A DNA stretch of 64,000 nucleotides, taken from Schmidtea polychroa (taxonomy: Eukaryota). Below the pieces are notes generated by a model. The model made no database searches and had not been told where the DNA came from. It was given only the letters and a program-made list of their open reading frames with translations. Position numbers and translations under genes: made by a program. Every line of letters starts with the position of its first letter. Position 1 is the stretch's first letter. The DNA lies in assembly GCA_044892525.1 (NCBI GenBank), contig CM097885.1, forward strand, positions 15,192,001 to 15,256,000, given 5' to 3'. Shown here piece after piece: positions 62,243 to 64,000 of this stretch.

Positions 62243-63240
62243 CAGCGGTGTCCAACAGAAATTTGATTGTAGCCACAATCGTCAATTTAGAAATTTTCAT
62301 TCGCCACATTAAAATAAATTTAAAACAAAATGTTTTATAATAGTTTTTTATTTTAATCAATTTTAGGAATTACACAAATTTTTTTAATAACATTAAACAC
62401 AAAATACAAAAATTATTTAATGTGATGCTTGGCAATTTTTTTCTTGCACAATACCCTTGAAATCTGGTGTAAACCTCACGCTAACTGCACATTTTAATTC
62501 TGCCTCCAAATTTTCATCACTAATATTGGATCGGTATTTTGATTTTATGAAAGTTACAGCTGAAAAAGTAGATTCGCAAACCCAAGTTGTTCCAAACATA
62601 CTCAATAGCTGAGTTGAGAACCACAAACTCATTTGACTTTAAGAGGCGTGTCCACATCATTAAAATAGATTCATCGTTTCTAGAATAATTGATCTGACTT
62701 TGAAGTAAATTCATATCTGCTTCAAAATCACGTCGGTCCAAACTTAGCAAATTCGCGATATCTTTAGACAACTCAGAATTGGTGATGTCAAAATGGAAAG
62801 GATCTTGCATCAGTTGAAAAGCAGGTCTAAATTTCTCAACATCAATAAAACGTTCTTCAAATTTTTCTTGTAGTTTCTGTAACCATCCGACATAACGCTG
62901 TATATTAAAATTGGTATCTTCTTTATATTTTTCCATATTATCGAAATGCGTGAAATCATAATCTTTTAACTGTGTCACAAAAAGTTTTAATTTAGAGACA
63001 AATTCTCGTATATACTGTGCCAAATCACATATTAGCTTTCCTTTTCCTTGAAGTTTTAAATTTAATTCATTAATATGTAACGTTATATCAGTGAGAAAAA
63101 TTAAATCGCATTGCCATTCCTTATTTTCTATTTCAGAAAAATTGATAAGCATTTCTTTTTCTTGAAGGAAATTTCGGATGGGATTTAATAATGATACAAA
63201 TCGTTCCAAAACTTTACCACGACTTAACCACCGAACATTT
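62243..63240 (-). mobile_element. Buster/Charlie hAT remnant (GTF2IRD2/ZBED-like transposase C-half) with 3' terminus
   Basis: VRWLSRGKVLERF, LIFLTDI..H.NELNLKLQG and FGTTWVCESTFS...KSKYRS; terminus CAGCGGTGTCCAAC preceded by GTCTATAC (nnnTAnnn target). Confidence 0.85.
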
Positions 63241-63269
63241 ATTTTTTATTAATAAATTCAAATATTGAT

Positions 63270-63620
63270 TTTTGCCTAAAACTAGCTGTTCTTTTTGAAG
63301 CTGCTAAATCACGAATACTTTTAAGACACATAAGTTTCACTTCTTTTGGTACTCAAAACACTTCATGGCGATGTCTAAACATTGAAAAGCTTCAGAGTGT
63401 GAGGGCCCAACATCTTCGCCGATTTCGTCTCCATCATCTTCTCGATCTTGTTCATCTGAGGCTACTAATTCTTTCATTATTTCATCATCATTTAAAATTT
63501 GAAATCCACGATCGTTTGCATCACAATTTAACCATTCGGTTACATCATTTTCATCACATTCTGCATATATTGAAATTTGTGTTATTGTTTCCGCAATGTC
63601 TCCTGTATCCACAGAATATC
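63270..63620 (-). mobile_element. Tigger/pogo (jerky-like) transposase C-terminal fragment
   Basis: EWLNCD.ND.GFQILNDDEI...PSHSEAFQCL...IRDLAASKR. Confidence 0.7.
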
Positions 63621-64000
63621 CAATTAGATCAGTACTGCTGAAATGACGAAATTTAACAGAAATCGTTTATAAATACGTGGAACTGTATTATTATAGTGCA
63701 AATATACTATAAAGTATACGACATTATGACGAATGAGATATTGTCGGAACAAAAAACAATCTGGACAATCGAATATCCTGACTTTATTATTGGTCATTTT
63801 TTGTTTTGGGTTTGATTTATATATTAATCTAAAAAACTAGTTAAATATAAATATAAAAAAAATATTCGCTTACTACCTGCAATAAATTTAATTGATAAAT
63901 ATACTTAAATTTGAAATTATGATTAATTAATTACTGATTAGTTAATTATTGTTAATAAGTAGCAAAACCATTATTGTTAATAAGCAACTAAAAAGTTCTA

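Overview
Very AT-rich eukaryotic (metazoan) DNA that is almost entirely transposon-derived. The 40-47 nt introns, base composition and TE content are compatible with a planarian-type flatworm, but that is an inference. The only clear host gene is the first three exons of a torsin-family AAA+ ATPase (40090-40640); a PSMA6 retrocopy-like fragment and a CCA-bearing tRNA-Leu 3' half are also present. The dominant feature is a cluster of related Polinton/Maverick (adintovirus-like) endogenous viral elements with 5'-AGTAGTA termini. Element A (10520-16775, 6-bp TSD ATCTAA) carries a pPolB remnant, ATPase and an intact TBP-like gene but no capsid genes. Element B (46926-61252, 6-bp TSD ATTGAT) carries a TBP-like gene, ATPase, integrase, penton, major capsid protein, adenain protease and core proteins, but no pPolB. 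Element C (30783 to about 36400) is one-ended and non-coding. Element D is an old decayed copy (44439-46925 plus 61259-62240) into which B inserted. A pPolB shard lies at about 3165-3305. Four properties of this family stand out: a conserved, still-intact, truncated TATA-binding-protein homologue; host-sized spliceosomal mini-introns in viral genes, one at a conserved position in two divergent elements; terminal arms built from arrays of nuclear-receptor (TCAAGGTCA), AP-1 and CRE-like motifs; and a recurring ~100-bp internal module. Other elements are an intact-looking hATm transposon (24228-27401) and remnants of Bel/Pao, Gypsy, Penelope, piggyBac, Tc1/mariner, Tigger and other hAT elements.
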